Shown here in pieces: positions 25,233 through 37,987 of a DNA stretch of 53,401 nucleotides. The notes beneath the pieces are model-generated. The model did no database searches. It had not been told where the DNA came from and worked only from the letters and a program-made list of their open reading frames with translations. Both the position numbers and the translations under genes were made by a program. The stretch is taken from positions 12,202 to 65,602 of the forward strand of contig MQRK01244698.1 of assembly GCA_001938485.1 (NCBI GenBank), read 5' to 3'. Source of the stretch: Girardia tigrina (lineage: Eukaryota). Numbering within the stretch: the first letter of the stretch is position 1; each line of letters opens with the position of its first letter.

Positions 25233-25831
25233 ATTCCAGTGATAATAAAAGAAATGTTAATGAGTAAGAGGCACTGGTGAAGCGGACAGAGCAATTAATC
25301 AATAATCAATAGTGCTAGCAACACATTTTCCTGGAATCACATGAAATGAAATTTATTTCTAAAACAATTATGCAAACGAATTTAGACAAATGTGGCGACC
25401 ATGTTTGCCATTTAGCGGACTTTGCTTCAACCACTGAAAATATTCGAGAATATTGATTTATAAAACTTCTCTTTTGAGCAGATGCATTCGTTATAATATA
25501 GAAATAAATTATTATAGTAATTAAATTATAATTGATTTGTCAAAGTGAAATTTTAAAATAATTATTTTACGAACATTAATTACAATTAGATAATTAAAAT
25601 ATTATTTATTTTATAATTTTTATAGCAATTTTTAACTTATTCCAAAAATATTTTATCAAGTTATCAACCAAGAGAAAAATTAAATTTTTATTTAAATTTT
25701 CCTATTTTATTTGTATTATTGGTGAGATATGACAATATGAGTTGTTTTAATGTTATAAAAAAGTTATGTCACTTGGAAAATAAAATTGTTCTTGCTCGAT
25801 TTTGTGATAATTTATTATCCATAATCTAACA

Positions 25832-25960
25832 CAGTGGTTCTCAACGTTGGTGATATCGCCCTCAGGGATGTTTTCTAATTTCCAGGGAGCACTATGAGGG
25901 CCAGGGGCATTAGGGGTGCGATGAGAGGAAAAGTTTGGATTTAATGACCAATTATTTATT
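25832..25960. mobile_element. hAT (Charlie-like) MITE end
   Basis: CAGTGGTTCTCAA terminus after TCTAACA; the other end was not found. Confidence 0.5.
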
Positions 25961-26301
25961 TCCTATATCATATGATATGGATCAGTCAGACGAGTAACTT
26001 AAAAAATAACAGTGTAAAATCTTCTGTACTCCACTCAACCAAATTTAAATATTTGCAAATTTCTTACCGTTTTTAAAAATATTCGCTTCAATTTTCTTAT
26101 CACCTAGTTCGATGGTTTATGAAAAATTAGAATTCTGAAGATCTAATTAACTAAATATTAATATTATAACTAACTAAAATATCCATTGTTTATATAATAA
26201 TTAATTAAAATTTAATTTTTCAAATTTGTACAATTTTTAACATTTTTAAAACTGTAAGTACAGTAATTTATTTTTTATTTTATTGATGACTTGGTAAATA
26301 T

Positions 26302-26760
26302 ACAGTTGGGGAAGAATAATAGTCACCTCCTTAAAATTTCAGGTTTTTTACTGAAAGTTTTGCTTGAATGTTTAAAATCCGAATGTGCATATAAAATTTC
26401 TGACTTTTACAAAGAAAGAGATATTAAAAAACAGTAACAACTATTTAATCATTTTTATTTCCAAGGTTTAGAAAAAAATTATACGATAAATATCCGTTTA
26501 TTAAATATTACATAAAAGTCAAAATTTAGTGTTACTACCTTTTGCTGCAATAATGGATTGCACCCTCTGTGGCATTGACTCAATCTACTTTCGACAGATA
26601 TCCGTAATAAAGATCTTCTTGTTACCAAGCCATGAAAACTTCCATGATGAGACAAATATTAGTTTTTGTGCGAAGTTATTTGCTATGTGAACAGTCAATT
26701 AATTGGTAAAATTTATCATTTTTGTTTCTTGATATTATGATTAATATCATCTTTTTTGTT
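26302..26760 (-). mobile_element. Tc1-like element 3' end
   Basis: TA+CAGTTGGGG terminus. The minus strand encodes ESMPQRVQSIIAAKGSNTKF*, a typical Tc1 C-terminus. Confidence 0.7.
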
Positions 26761-26795
26761 CCTTCCGTTGAATTGTTATGATTTACTTTTATTTA

Positions 26796-29461
26796 TGTAG
26801 CGACAATAAGACCAACGAAAATATATTTTTTAATTATACAAGAATAACTCGATTTCAATAATTCTGCCAAACGTTAGTTCACTTAAACAAAATCTCTTTT
26901 TAAATCAAAATAATTAACTCTATACAACATCCCCACCAGATTCGTCAGAACACGAATCTTCATCAACCACATAATCCTCTAAATATTTGGGTCTTCTCCG
27001 CAGGCGTTTCATGTCAATACTCCTTGAATCATCAACTTCGAATTCCTCTTCCCAAGATACAGATTTGTCATTAACGTTCTCCGGCTCAACTCTCCTCGGC
27101 CGTAAATCACCGACATGCCAAGGGAAACTCGATCCATTGCATTCCACTAAATATTTACAGTTCGAAAGTTCTTTCAAAATCTGGCCTCTTAACCATTGCT
27201 GCGTGCAACTTGTACTACTCATTGGTTTCACCCAAACTAACTGATGATCACAGTACTTCGCACCTTTTTTCCTCACTTCGAACATATTGTCGCTTTCGCC
27301 ACAAAGCGGTTTCATACATCTATAATTATAAATCATCCAACTCGGCGGTTCCTTACCATTCGATGGAGTATTGTTATACCACCAAACTGCTTCTCCTATT
27401 GTGATATTCGATCTCGCAGCAATTCGTTTAATCGTGCGATGACTTCTTTCCACGACTCCGTTCCCGCTTGGTCGGTTGATTGCNNNNNNNNNNNNNNNNN
27501 NNNNNNNNNNNNNNNNNNNNNNNNNNNNNNNNNTTAATCGTGCGATGACTTCTTTCCACGACTCCGTTCCCGCTTGGTCGGTTGATTGCACGATAAATTA
27601 CCTCGACTCTCCAACCGTTGCAAAGTTCTATAAAGTCGTTTGAATAAAAAGTCGTATAATTATCCACAATCAGTTTTCTGGGCGCTCCGCGCTCCAAAAA
27701 CACAGAAGTTACTGCCGCAGTGATAGAAAGCGAACTTTCATCCCGGATTTCTTTCCATATCGCAAATCTGGATGGTCCGCAATCGATGAAGCTTAAATAC
27801 TTATCTCCATTGAATTTGGTGACATCTATTGCTAATCTTTNNNNNNNNNNNNNNNNNNNNNNNNNACCGTGATCCCATCTAACCGGTGCGGGATCAATTG
27901 ACTGGCATTTCTGGCACTTCGCAATCATGTTCGAAATATCTTTATCTGTGACATTAATATTTTCAATTTTGCAAAGGAACTTCATACTTTTTGCTCCCCA
28001 GTGGCACTTCAAATGAAGATCGTTCAGTCTTTCAATTTCACTCACCAAAGCAACACCGCATACACTTTTAGTCAGCTCCTTCGGAATTCTCGTCAGTACA
28101 TCTGCTTTATTCAGCTTGCTCGGCACAAACTCTATTCTAATAGTTAAATAAAATCCTCGCAAATTTCTTTAATAATAGATAACCGCCGTCTGATGAGCAA
28201 TTCTGAAAAAGCACTCGTGTTTAGTCGAGACTTACTTGTTAACACGTCATTCACCCAGGCAACCACAGATTTGTTATCACACTTCACTGTGATGTCTATC
28301 ATTCCTCATTTCACACATAAATTCAAACCCCTTACAACCGCTTCCAACTCCAAGAAACAGTCCACACTTTATCGAATCGAATATTGAAATTATACTTATT
28401 CATGCCACCACTTTCGGTGATAACTGCCTCTGATGAACCCCCTCTTTCACCAGACATACAAAAACTTGCTGAACCAGTGTCCACCCCAAATTTCACGCGG
28501 CCGTTATTGAGCGTCACCCCCCCCTAATTTCTCGATCATGTCAATACCCAATAACACATCAAAATTTTCGGGCAACCTGTTCATAACTGTACAATTTAAA
28601 GTTACTTTTTTATCATCCACCTCAAATACAACGGCACACATGCCTACTGGCACCCGCAACCCTTTGGCTAACGTGACTTTTTCCTGCTGCTGTTGTATTG
28701 ATTCTTCATCCACAAGACATCTTTTCACAACCGAACGAGAGCATCCGGTATCCACTAACGCTCTGCAGCTTTTCCCGTTCACAACGCATCGAATCACCGG
28801 AAGCGCCTTAAACCCCCTGAGAAGCCGTTGGCGCTGACGACCCCTCACTCGCGTTTCCCGCTCTGCAAAATCTCGCTATATGTTCTTTTTGATGACATTT
28901 AAAATATATCATGTTACTCCTTTGGGAAAAATTTTTAGAGTGACCCTCGTCCGCATTTCAACCACCCGTATCGACGCCCTCACCTGACTTCTTAAAACGG
29001 TGGTTGTCGCGGACGCTACCGTCATCTGCTCCTTTCAAACGATTGGATCTCTCAGAATCATTTAAACTCACCATCAACGTATTACATGTGCTCTGCATGA
29101 TACTCATATATGTTCGACTTACTTCCACAATTTCGTGCCATTCTTGAATCCCTCGTCTCTCGATTTCCAACGCAATCTCCAATGGCAATCCAGCTAGAAA
29201 TGCGGCAATCTCTAGGCTCTTCACCGTCTTCGCCAACTTCGACACTTCCGCGGCATACTCGTCGATGGTGTGATAATCAGAATATTTAATATTCTGTAAT
29301 CTGCGATACGCCTCCCGCGGTCGTACGCCAAACGCCAAATTCGTTACATGGAACACTTCCTCAATGTTCGTTTGTTGCTTCTCCGACATCTCCATATAAA
29401 CGCTAAGGGCCTGTCCGGTCAACAAAAACGGGAATAGCATGGCGGGGCACAATATGAACAA
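26796..29461 (-). mobile_element. Ty3/gypsy element: gag-knuckle, aspartic protease, RNase H C-half, integrase, PPT, 134-bp 3' LTR (26929-26796); RT absent
   Basis: Motifs FKCHQKEHIARFC; ALVDTGCSRS; LELEAVVRGLN..CDNKSV..NKADVLTR; H..CHWG..CQKC; LAIDVT..IVDN..NGVVERSHR. PPT TGGTGGGGA followed by TGTTG...CTACA. Confidence 0.92.
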
Positions 29462-30112
29462 TCGTACGCGGCGGTCCTGGTCCTAGTCTCTAAACCTACC
29501 TGAGTTATATGCAATGAAACAAGAGGCTCAAGCTCAGCAGAACCCATTTGATCATTTGTCTGACGGAGATTTTAAGATTTATAAATATTTTTTATGACAA
29601 CATTTTTTGTTTTGTGTTTTTTTGCATTCAAATTATCCCCCTACCCTGGTATCTCAAATTTAAACATAAACCATTGTAGCGGGAGTGAGAGCTTTGGCAA
29701 AGAAAACTCAAATTTTATCGGATCCAAACGTTTCATTGTTTAATTATTAACTTTCTCAAGAGTTCAATAATCTAATGAGCTATAAGTCCATATTCTACTG
29801 AACTTATTTTGTTTAGAGACATTATAAGAAAATACACAAATATTTTATACCAAACGTTTAGTCTTTCTACAGTAAAAGCTCACAACATTATATCTGTTGG
29901 TCAATTATTTCAAAAATATTTTATCATAGAACAATAGCATTTGGCATGCAGCTTAAGAATATGATAAGGACGTTACCAAAATTTTTGATAGAAATAAACA
30001 TGGTAGAAAAAACGTTAAGGCCAAAAATGTAGTATTTTGAAATGAATCTGCTATAATTTATTTAATTTTTAGAAAGTACTTAATAAATGCTGTTTAGAAA
30101 TATCCTATTTTA

Positions 30113-30400
30113 TACAGGATGATCCAAAAGTATGTGAAGGGCTAATTTTTTCGAAAACTAAAGTTCAAAGAAAAAACCTTTTATACAAAAGTTTTAAGAA
30201 ATTAAATGTTATTTTACACCAATGTATATTCCTTATACACGGTGTACCAAAAAAATAACATTTTTTCAATTGAAATGTCCTACATATTTTTGCATTTTTC
30301 GAAAATAGACTAAAATCTAAGAACTTTTTCTTTTATAGACCAAATGTCTCTATTCAATTGTTGTCGAACTACATACAGTTGAATATCGTAAAGTGTATCA
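30113..30400. mobile_element. Non-autonomous Tc1/mariner-like element end
   Basis: TA+CAGGATGATCCAAAAG terminus and internal TATACACGGTGT repeat. Confidence 0.4.
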
Positions 30401-30959
30401 TAAATAAATAAAGTAATGTAAGAATTTTGATTAGCTACTGTGCAGAACGTTAATGATAGAGCAAACTTATTTTATTTTCCTGTCTTAGTTTTTTAGGGTT
30501 ATTTCATTATAAAACTAAAACTCAAAGTGACGTAAGTACCATGTAAAGCAATTAACTTATTTTTTAAAGTTTATTGTACGGATATTACATTGTGATAAAA
30601 GAACACTAATTGTTTTGTGTACCAGTTGTTGGGCATTTGTGTAAAATAAGATTTTACCTGAAGGTATTCTATATTTATAATTATATTTCTTTAAGATAGG
30701 CATTTTTCTTAATTTTTTTGATAATCATAATTATTCTTTAGAATTTGCGATCATCCACCACGTCAAACTATTTACAAATTATTTTGTTTTGCAAATTAAT
30801 GCAGTTTAAATTTTTTAAACTGTCAAAGAATATTAATTCAGTTTTTTTATTAAGATATCTTTATATTTGTGTAAATTGCTTAAAGGTGTGTGAGTGTAGA
30901 TGTGTCGACGTTATGCAAATCCTTTAATAAAAATAAATGTTTTACTCTTCGGGAACAAT

Positions 30960-31995
30960 CAAACTACAGGCATCTCGTAAAAAAAGTCAGTTTTTAAGAG
31001 CAACCTGGATGTCGAACTCCGACGACTATTGAAACAAATATGTGGCACAGTCCAGAACTCCTATGCTGAATACTTTTATTCAGATAAGACTCTTGGAGGA
31101 CTTGGACTTGTGTCAGTGAGAGACGAATAAGCAATGCAATCGGTAATGCAAGCATTTTGAAATCTCACTTGTTCGGACTCGACATTTCAGGAATTAACAC
31201 TAATTAATTTAGCAAAAACGCTAGATAACTACAACAAAACAGATAGAGACTGGACGACTGTCTGATTGCTTAGACTGGTTAAATCAAAGCGACAGAAAGA
31301 ACGGATACAAATTGCGGTGGTCAAGGATTCGTAACTCAATTAAATACCTCGATTCTATTGGGTTGTGAGCAAGATTCACCACGAACAAACTTGGAATCCG
31401 TTTAAAGATCAACACCAATATGGAATCGGTGTTGATTTCTAAAACTCCCATACACTCAATCTCCTCCCAGTCCCGTCGTTTGTATGCAAAACTAAAATTC
31501 AGAAAGTGAAGCAAAAAAACGGTGGCTGGAATCTCTGCAGTTTCAATTACAGACAACAAAGTTACAGTTGATGTCCTGTATAGTGAAAACATTATAAACG
31601 AAGAATCGGAATTCCTTCAAAGTGCCAGAACAAAAAATCTCTCAACTAATTACAAACCGAGAAAACCACGCAATAAAACACTCTGCTGAGTGTGGGGCAA
31701 AGGTACAAAGACACAGATACATGTCTTGTGTCTCAGCAAAAAAAAAGTCCGATGATTATTGACAGACATAATGAAGTGATGCAGTTTGTCGAGGAAACAA
31801 TATCATCGGAAAAATCAATCTTACAAATAATTAAAGACCGTGAGTGCACGAGGTATAACTCGAAAAGCAGAGTTGACTTACAAATATTCAATAAAGGTAC
31901 AAAAGAACACTGGCAGATCGATGTCAAAACATCATACAATACGCTTAAAATTCTTAAGAAAACAAGATAAGACTGCTGGGGTTCCTTTTGGTGAA
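30960..31995 (+). mobile_element. Degenerate RLE-type non-LTR retrotransposon 3' part (NeSL/Utopia/R2-like)
   Basis: RT thumb YFYSDKTLGGLGLVSVRDE; decayed CCHC (C*VWG..TQIHVL); IIDRHNEV; restriction-like endonuclease RVDLQIF..IDVK. Confidence 0.75.
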
Positions 31996-33224
31996 CTTTA
32001 AATTTTTGATATTTTTAAATTTTTGATATTTTCAAATTAAAAATCATATTTATATTTTAGATAAATTAAAAATAATGTTCGACTAATTAAAATGAAATAA
32101 GATTTTAAAAAATATATATTTTATAGGTAACATTTCTACCAATTAAATTGAAATAATTTTTGTAAAAATTATATTTCAAAGATAGTATATTACTAATTAA
32201 AATGAAATAAGTTTTGTAAAAATTTAGAGTAATAATAATATTTTAATTAAATTGAGACAAATTTTTATAAAAATTAAGTTTTAAAAATTCACAATTAAAA
32301 TATCATCTTCGAAGTTAAAGAATATTGTAAAGAAAATTTTGATATATTTTGTAACACTATTTAAAATAAAATTAGAATGTTTATTGTGCACGGAAAGTTT
32401 TATTAAAAAAAATAATTTAAAATGGAATGATTTAAAATTAAAGAAAATAATTTAGGAATTGAATTTTTTACAGATATGTCCATCAAAATATTTCTAAAGA
32501 TATAAATTTATAAACTTTGTAAAAAAATTAATAAAACAGAAACAAAATAAGATTTATGCAAAATTGAAGAAAATAACATATATATATATTTGTACATCGA
32601 TATTATTATTTATATTTAAAATTTTTAGATCTTGATTATGTAATTGAAATATTGTTCCTCATAAATTTGTTTCAATACTGAAAATTATAGTAGAAATAAA
32701 GTTTACAAAATTATGACTTCGAATTTTAATCACGAACCTAATAAAGACAATTAGGCGAAATATAAAAAGCTGAAAGAGGAGGCCAAAAAGCACCACAAAG
32801 GATAGAAAGTTCGACTGGACACCATTGTAGTAAATTGTTTGGGTTCCTAGCCGAGTAAAAAAGAAACAATACTCAAAACATTTAAGTTTTTAGAGACGAC
32901 AACAAAAAATCTGAGACGCATGTGTATTGTCTCCAATTTCAAGTATTGTACTCTGACATGGAGCAAAAACGTCAAATGCAGCGACTATTGCTCCTACAAC
33001 GGTTGCGGCAGATGCACCAGAAGTAGGATAGAGAGAAGATACAAGTAATGTACTCCAATTAACGACTCTTGCTCGGAGAGTTCGCCTATTATCCGAGGAT
33101 AACGATAAGTATTCCCGAACAGGAATGTGGTTTTCTACATGTACTTTGATAATAAAATACTTTAATCGGACTCCTATAATTTTAGTAATTTTATTTATAA
33201 AAAATTACCTCCCAGACTTGTCCA

Positions 33225-33240
33225 CTGGATCCGCCCTTGG
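33225..33240. mobile_element. PIF/Harbinger-type MITE terminus
   Basis: CTGGATCCGCCCTTG terminal motif; partner end not found. Confidence 0.3.
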
Positions 33241-33400
33241 TTGCTCTGTATTTGTAATATTTAATTAAAATCAAAATTCATTATTTTTAAAATGTTTTAT
33301 CAAGCTTTTTAATAAAAATAATTACTTTGAAGTGATGACCTTTCCCACACTGATCCATATCGGTTAATAAAGTTTCTGATCAAGTCCGCTATCTATGTAT

Positions 33401-33485
33401 CGGTGTATGGACACTTAATACCGTGACACTTAATACTGCGGTACTTAATCACTGACATTTTAATCCTACTACAGTTAATCCCTAT
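33401..33485. repeat. 15-bp periodic repeats (GACACTTAATACCGT-like), probably a MULE subterminal array
   Basis: Five degenerate units with TTAAT at ~15-bp spacing, the same architecture as 11175-11744. Confidence 0.55.
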
Positions 33486-36329
33486 GTATCAAGTTTAAGT
33501 TTAAGAACGTTAAATCATTTCGTACCACCATCCAAGAATTTGTAAGGTAACTACGTCGTATGTATCAACAATATAGACAGATCTCTTCATTTTAATTTGT
33601 ACTATTTTACTTATGTACACTTATCTATTATTAATATTCTTATAATTATGAGTCGAAGATTAATTACATAACAAAAAATGATCATAAATAAGTATTGTAA
33701 AATAAATAAAGAATTATTTAAACATATTTCTAAGTATAAAAACTCGTATCAAATAATTCTTAGTTCAGTTCAATGCAATCAGTCCTTATTGATTGGATAT
33801 CATAATAACCTTGGCTGAAGTTATAATTATTAATAATTTCGATTGTTGGAGCGATACATGTCTCCAGATCTGAAGCGAAATATCAAATCAATATTTCTAT
33901 GAACTCCCTTTCTCTTCAGACTTCGACGCAATTTGCTTCTTAGTTGTAGTTTCATGTGTGTGTGTCAATTGGCATGTCGGCTTGAATTAAGCAGTTTGAC
34001 GGTGTGTATTGACACACAAACCGGTTTCTCCACTTCAACGCAAAGAATAAATTTATTTTTCAAATAAAATGTGTGTTGCTTGAGTTCATCACTAGAGATT
34101 CATCAATAATATATCAAAGTCGTTTTTCTATATATTCTTTTTTTTCGTTACAGTTAGCATAGGAGAGCATCGAGGAGGCTAGGAAATTCTTTTATTTAAA
34201 CTAGTTCCATAAATTTTTATAGAACAAATGCGATTTTATATTTTTATTATATGTCAGACAAAATGTATGATAATTTTTCTTTGAATTTTTCGATAATTAA
34301 CCTAATTTTTTTATTTTTGGAATAAATGTAATCAAGTAAGTTGATTATTCATTTTATTCAAACAAAAAAAAGGAAGTAAAATTTTCATGTGGCAGTCAGA
34401 TGTGCCTTTAACGTGTGGCTTTAGTAAAAAGACATTGGAACTACTAAGGCACGCGGTGAATGCTTATTTGAATGTCGAATTATCGAAATTTGTTGATCAT
34501 TTTGAAAATTATATTTTTTTTAAAGTTTTGATCTTTTGATAGGCATCTGTATTAAAAATCGATTACATGTCGGCTGTTACCTAACAAATGTTCAAAGGTT
34601 TCTAACTACTTCATTCAATACGTTTCAATGTACAAAGCTGGCCATTAGATTATGATATGTGCTCTTAAAGTCTTTGTTTATTATATCTGGATTTTAAATT
34701 GTTGATCTTTATGGTAGGTATTGTTTTTAAAGGTATAATTCATACTTCATTAATCGACATAATTGCGTAATTTCATTGTAAATTAAAACTTATTCGTGAT
34801 TTATTTTGCTTCTTATTTGTATAAGATAGTGCGAAAGAATTGTGATATAACATCCGAAAATTGGCTCGATTTATTGTTTCACTTAACGAAGAACTTACCT
34901 AAATTCAAATAACTGACTGTCAAATATAATCCGACAACGTTTTATTAGGTATTGTGACACTGGAAGTTAGTCATGTCGCAAACTTACAACTAGGAAAAGA
35001 TGTACTTCCGATATAAAGGACAATCTTATCAAATGTTTTGAAACCATCAACCCAAATATCTCTTCGTCCTTCATTTCATCACCATTACTCCCAGATGTTC
35101 AAGTCAGAAATCGAACTTTCAGGTGTCTTCTACAAGTCGACTTCTAACTTCGAGCATATCATCCTGATCCAATACCAATATTGCCTAAAAGAAATGTTGA
35201 GGATTAGCTAACTTTTTCCAGGCAATTAAGACTAAACATCAGAGGATTAAAGTAAAGCCATATTATATAAATCAATTTTATTGTATTTAACACATGTTCG
35301 TCGTCCAAAAAGACAACTTTACAGCCAAAACTACAATGTTCCTCGAGTAAAAAAGTCACCAAACAAATACTTATTGTAGTTTATAATTTTAAATTAAGTG
35401 TTCAAACGATTTTACGTGCGTTTATGATAATTGAGTTTTTGTTTTCTTCATGAGTTGGTTGAAAAATATAATATCAAGTAGATTTATTTTACTTTTTCTT
35501 GATTGCTCGAATCTAAATGCAAGCATAGTTTATTTATAATTAAAAACAATAACGAAAGTAGTTTAAAGCTTTAACAAAAGGATTAGAGAAAAGTTGAAAA
35601 TGTCACAAACAACGTCTATTATAATGTAAGTTCGATCCACCCTGGAGGAGAAACAGATAGGATGACAAAGGCTTAATCAAGAATAATCAAATATTCATTC
35701 ACAAGAATTCGATTTTGTGGTTTTTGTATTGATTTTATCGAACTGGACAAACTAAATGGTTGCCTATCGTTTTAAATATTCTCAAAAATTCAAATCCCTC
35801 TTCATTTAATTGAAATCTTTTCGGGCAAGTTTGATTAAAGCTTTTAAATTTAAATTATTCAATTTCAAATCCTAATAGTTTACAATTCACAATTTATTTA
35901 ATACCTTTAACAAGATCCATAAAACTTAACAAAATTCACAAACTCTGAAAATTTGTAACCTATTTCTCGAAAAGTCAAGAGTATATTACAAAGGGTTGTC
36001 TGAACGATTTAGTACGGGATTCGAGACAGATCCGATATGTCAAATGTCCTCCGACATGGCTATTATGAGCAGAGCAAAAGTGCAATCGCTATGAGGCAAA
36101 GTTATTTGGAACAAGATAACAAGATTTATTGTTTCTGCAATGATTTCGATGGGTACAATTCAAGCAATCGATTGTGGAGTATTTTAAGCAACATTTTAAG
36201 TTTATTATTTGTTGTAGTAGCTATCTAGGCTTTTGAATTTATTTCATCTTTTTAAAATGCACAAAACATATCGAACGTAAATCCATAATGTATAAAACAT
36301 AATTTCGAATACAAAGTTTTTATTAATAA

Positions 36330-36800
36330 TGTGATAAGGAAAATGACGATTAAATTAAAATATTTTGTTTTAATATTCTCGTATATGGGCAGAATTTTGA
36401 AACTCGTGAATCTTGTGTGACGAAATTTGTGTTTGATCAAATATTCGTTTTAATTTGTGTCTTTTTTGTTTTATAGTGTTCCAAATTACAAGCAATCGCG
36501 ACGAAATCATGTCAATGAAGCATGGAGATATTATAGAACGCTACAATGGAACAGAAAATTTCTCAGAGTTACTGGTCACATTCGAGTTGGTGGCACGTCT
36601 TCAAAAATTGTCCGAGCTAGAAGTCATATTGCCGTTCTTTTGGTTAAAAGGAGCATTTGTAGTATACGATAAGTTTTGGGACGAAGAGAAGATGGATTAC
36701 GAAAGTTGAAGCTCACAATGGAGAAAGCTTTGTAATTGACCGAGCTACTATGGCAGATAAAAAGAAATTAGTTCATTGATTGCTTCCAAAGTAGTAGGAA
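36330..36800 (+). mobile_element. Ty3/gypsy 5' remnant: LTR 36330-36490, atypical PBS 36491-36502, gag start
   Basis: TGTGAT...ATTACA LTR, then AGCAATCGCGAC. gag MSMKHGDIIERYNGTENFSELLVTFELVARLQ..ILPFFWLKGAFVVY. Confidence 0.75.
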
Positions 36801-37019
36801 TGTTTGGTATGATGTGTCGTATGTTGTATAGTATACTGTCTCACCCAAAAGTAGTTGCCGAATTTATAATATAACTTTTAAAGGGTTCGATGAAATTTAA
36901 TTAAATTTAACAGAAGTTAAGTGTAATTATTAAAATTAAATCAGAGTTGTTTAAATAATATAATTTGGCAATTATTTTAAAAAGCATTCAATTGTGGAAA
37001 ATATATCGATAATTCAAAG

Positions 37020-37940
37020 ATCCCAAATGCGAAAGAAAATTACAGATTTTTATGAGAATCAAAGGGTCGAAAAAATGTTAGTCAGGTTATGATGATCACC
37101 ACTAATAATTTACAAAACGGTGTAGTGGTGTTGAAAGAGACGACCGGGAATAAAAGCAAATCCTACATAAGAATAAAATCAGATCAATTGAACAAATTCG
37201 CGGTACTAGCAAATATCAAAGGACGAAGCCAAGAATACATCGAGTTTTGGTGGGTAAATAATATTGTATACTACCCCGTAACCAACCAACTGGAAACAAC
37301 AATGGGGAGATTGAACAAGTCGATCGACAGGAACCAACAGCAAAAATCAAAAATATATAATCCGATTTATTTGTCGTGCACTCAACAAAAAAGAAAAAGG
37401 AGAAGTGAGTTAAGATCAATAAAAATACAAGACGATTTCGAAAGAATTATATACCGGGCGTGCACTGAATATATGTTAAGAGAAAGGACGAAACTCGCAG
37501 AGGAAACAATGCAATATTCTCTATTAATACCAGAACCACCAAAAGGCAATAAGATTGAAAAGTACTATCATTATAGTGTATATAGAGAGAATCCCTATGC
37601 GGGATTGTACAACCGAAAGGGACCGAAATTAGAAAATTTCCTATATAAAATATACAACGACCAACAATCTATCAAAACTTCAACGGAGAAAAGTCGTTTC
37701 ATCAGCATTGATGAGAAGAGGATGCAACAAAAAACTGAAGACCCAATCGATTTTCTATCAGACAATGGTTACAACGGAAGTCCAAGAACAGGTTGAAGAC
37801 AGTTAAGATAACCCCGAAGTCGCGACCGAAAAAGCCATAGGACCACGGCACCTTGATAACAATACTCGCCGTGGTAAGCATCTCGTGGTAAGTAATGGCG
37901 TCCGCAGTAATCACCGTCGAAATTGTAATATGTATTGATG
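37020..37940 (+). pseudogene. env-like type-I membrane protein A (5'-truncated, disrupted)
   Basis: 235-aa ORF, then after frameshifts a stalk and hydrophobic TLITILAVVSIS..VMASAVITVEIVICI. Intronless and A-rich. Confidence 0.5.
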
Positions 37941-37987
37941 GTTCATCAGGAATGGTTTCACACGACAATCCAACTTACCAACCGTCG

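Noticed and set aside
27424-27590. Direct repeat of ~58 bp of integrase sequence on both sides of an N gap
   Set aside because: Identical sequence flanking a gap is most simply an unmerged contig overlap.
36220-36226. Other AGCTATC words (36220, 40771)
   Set aside because: Not at an LTR/gag junction, so not counted as PBS evidence.
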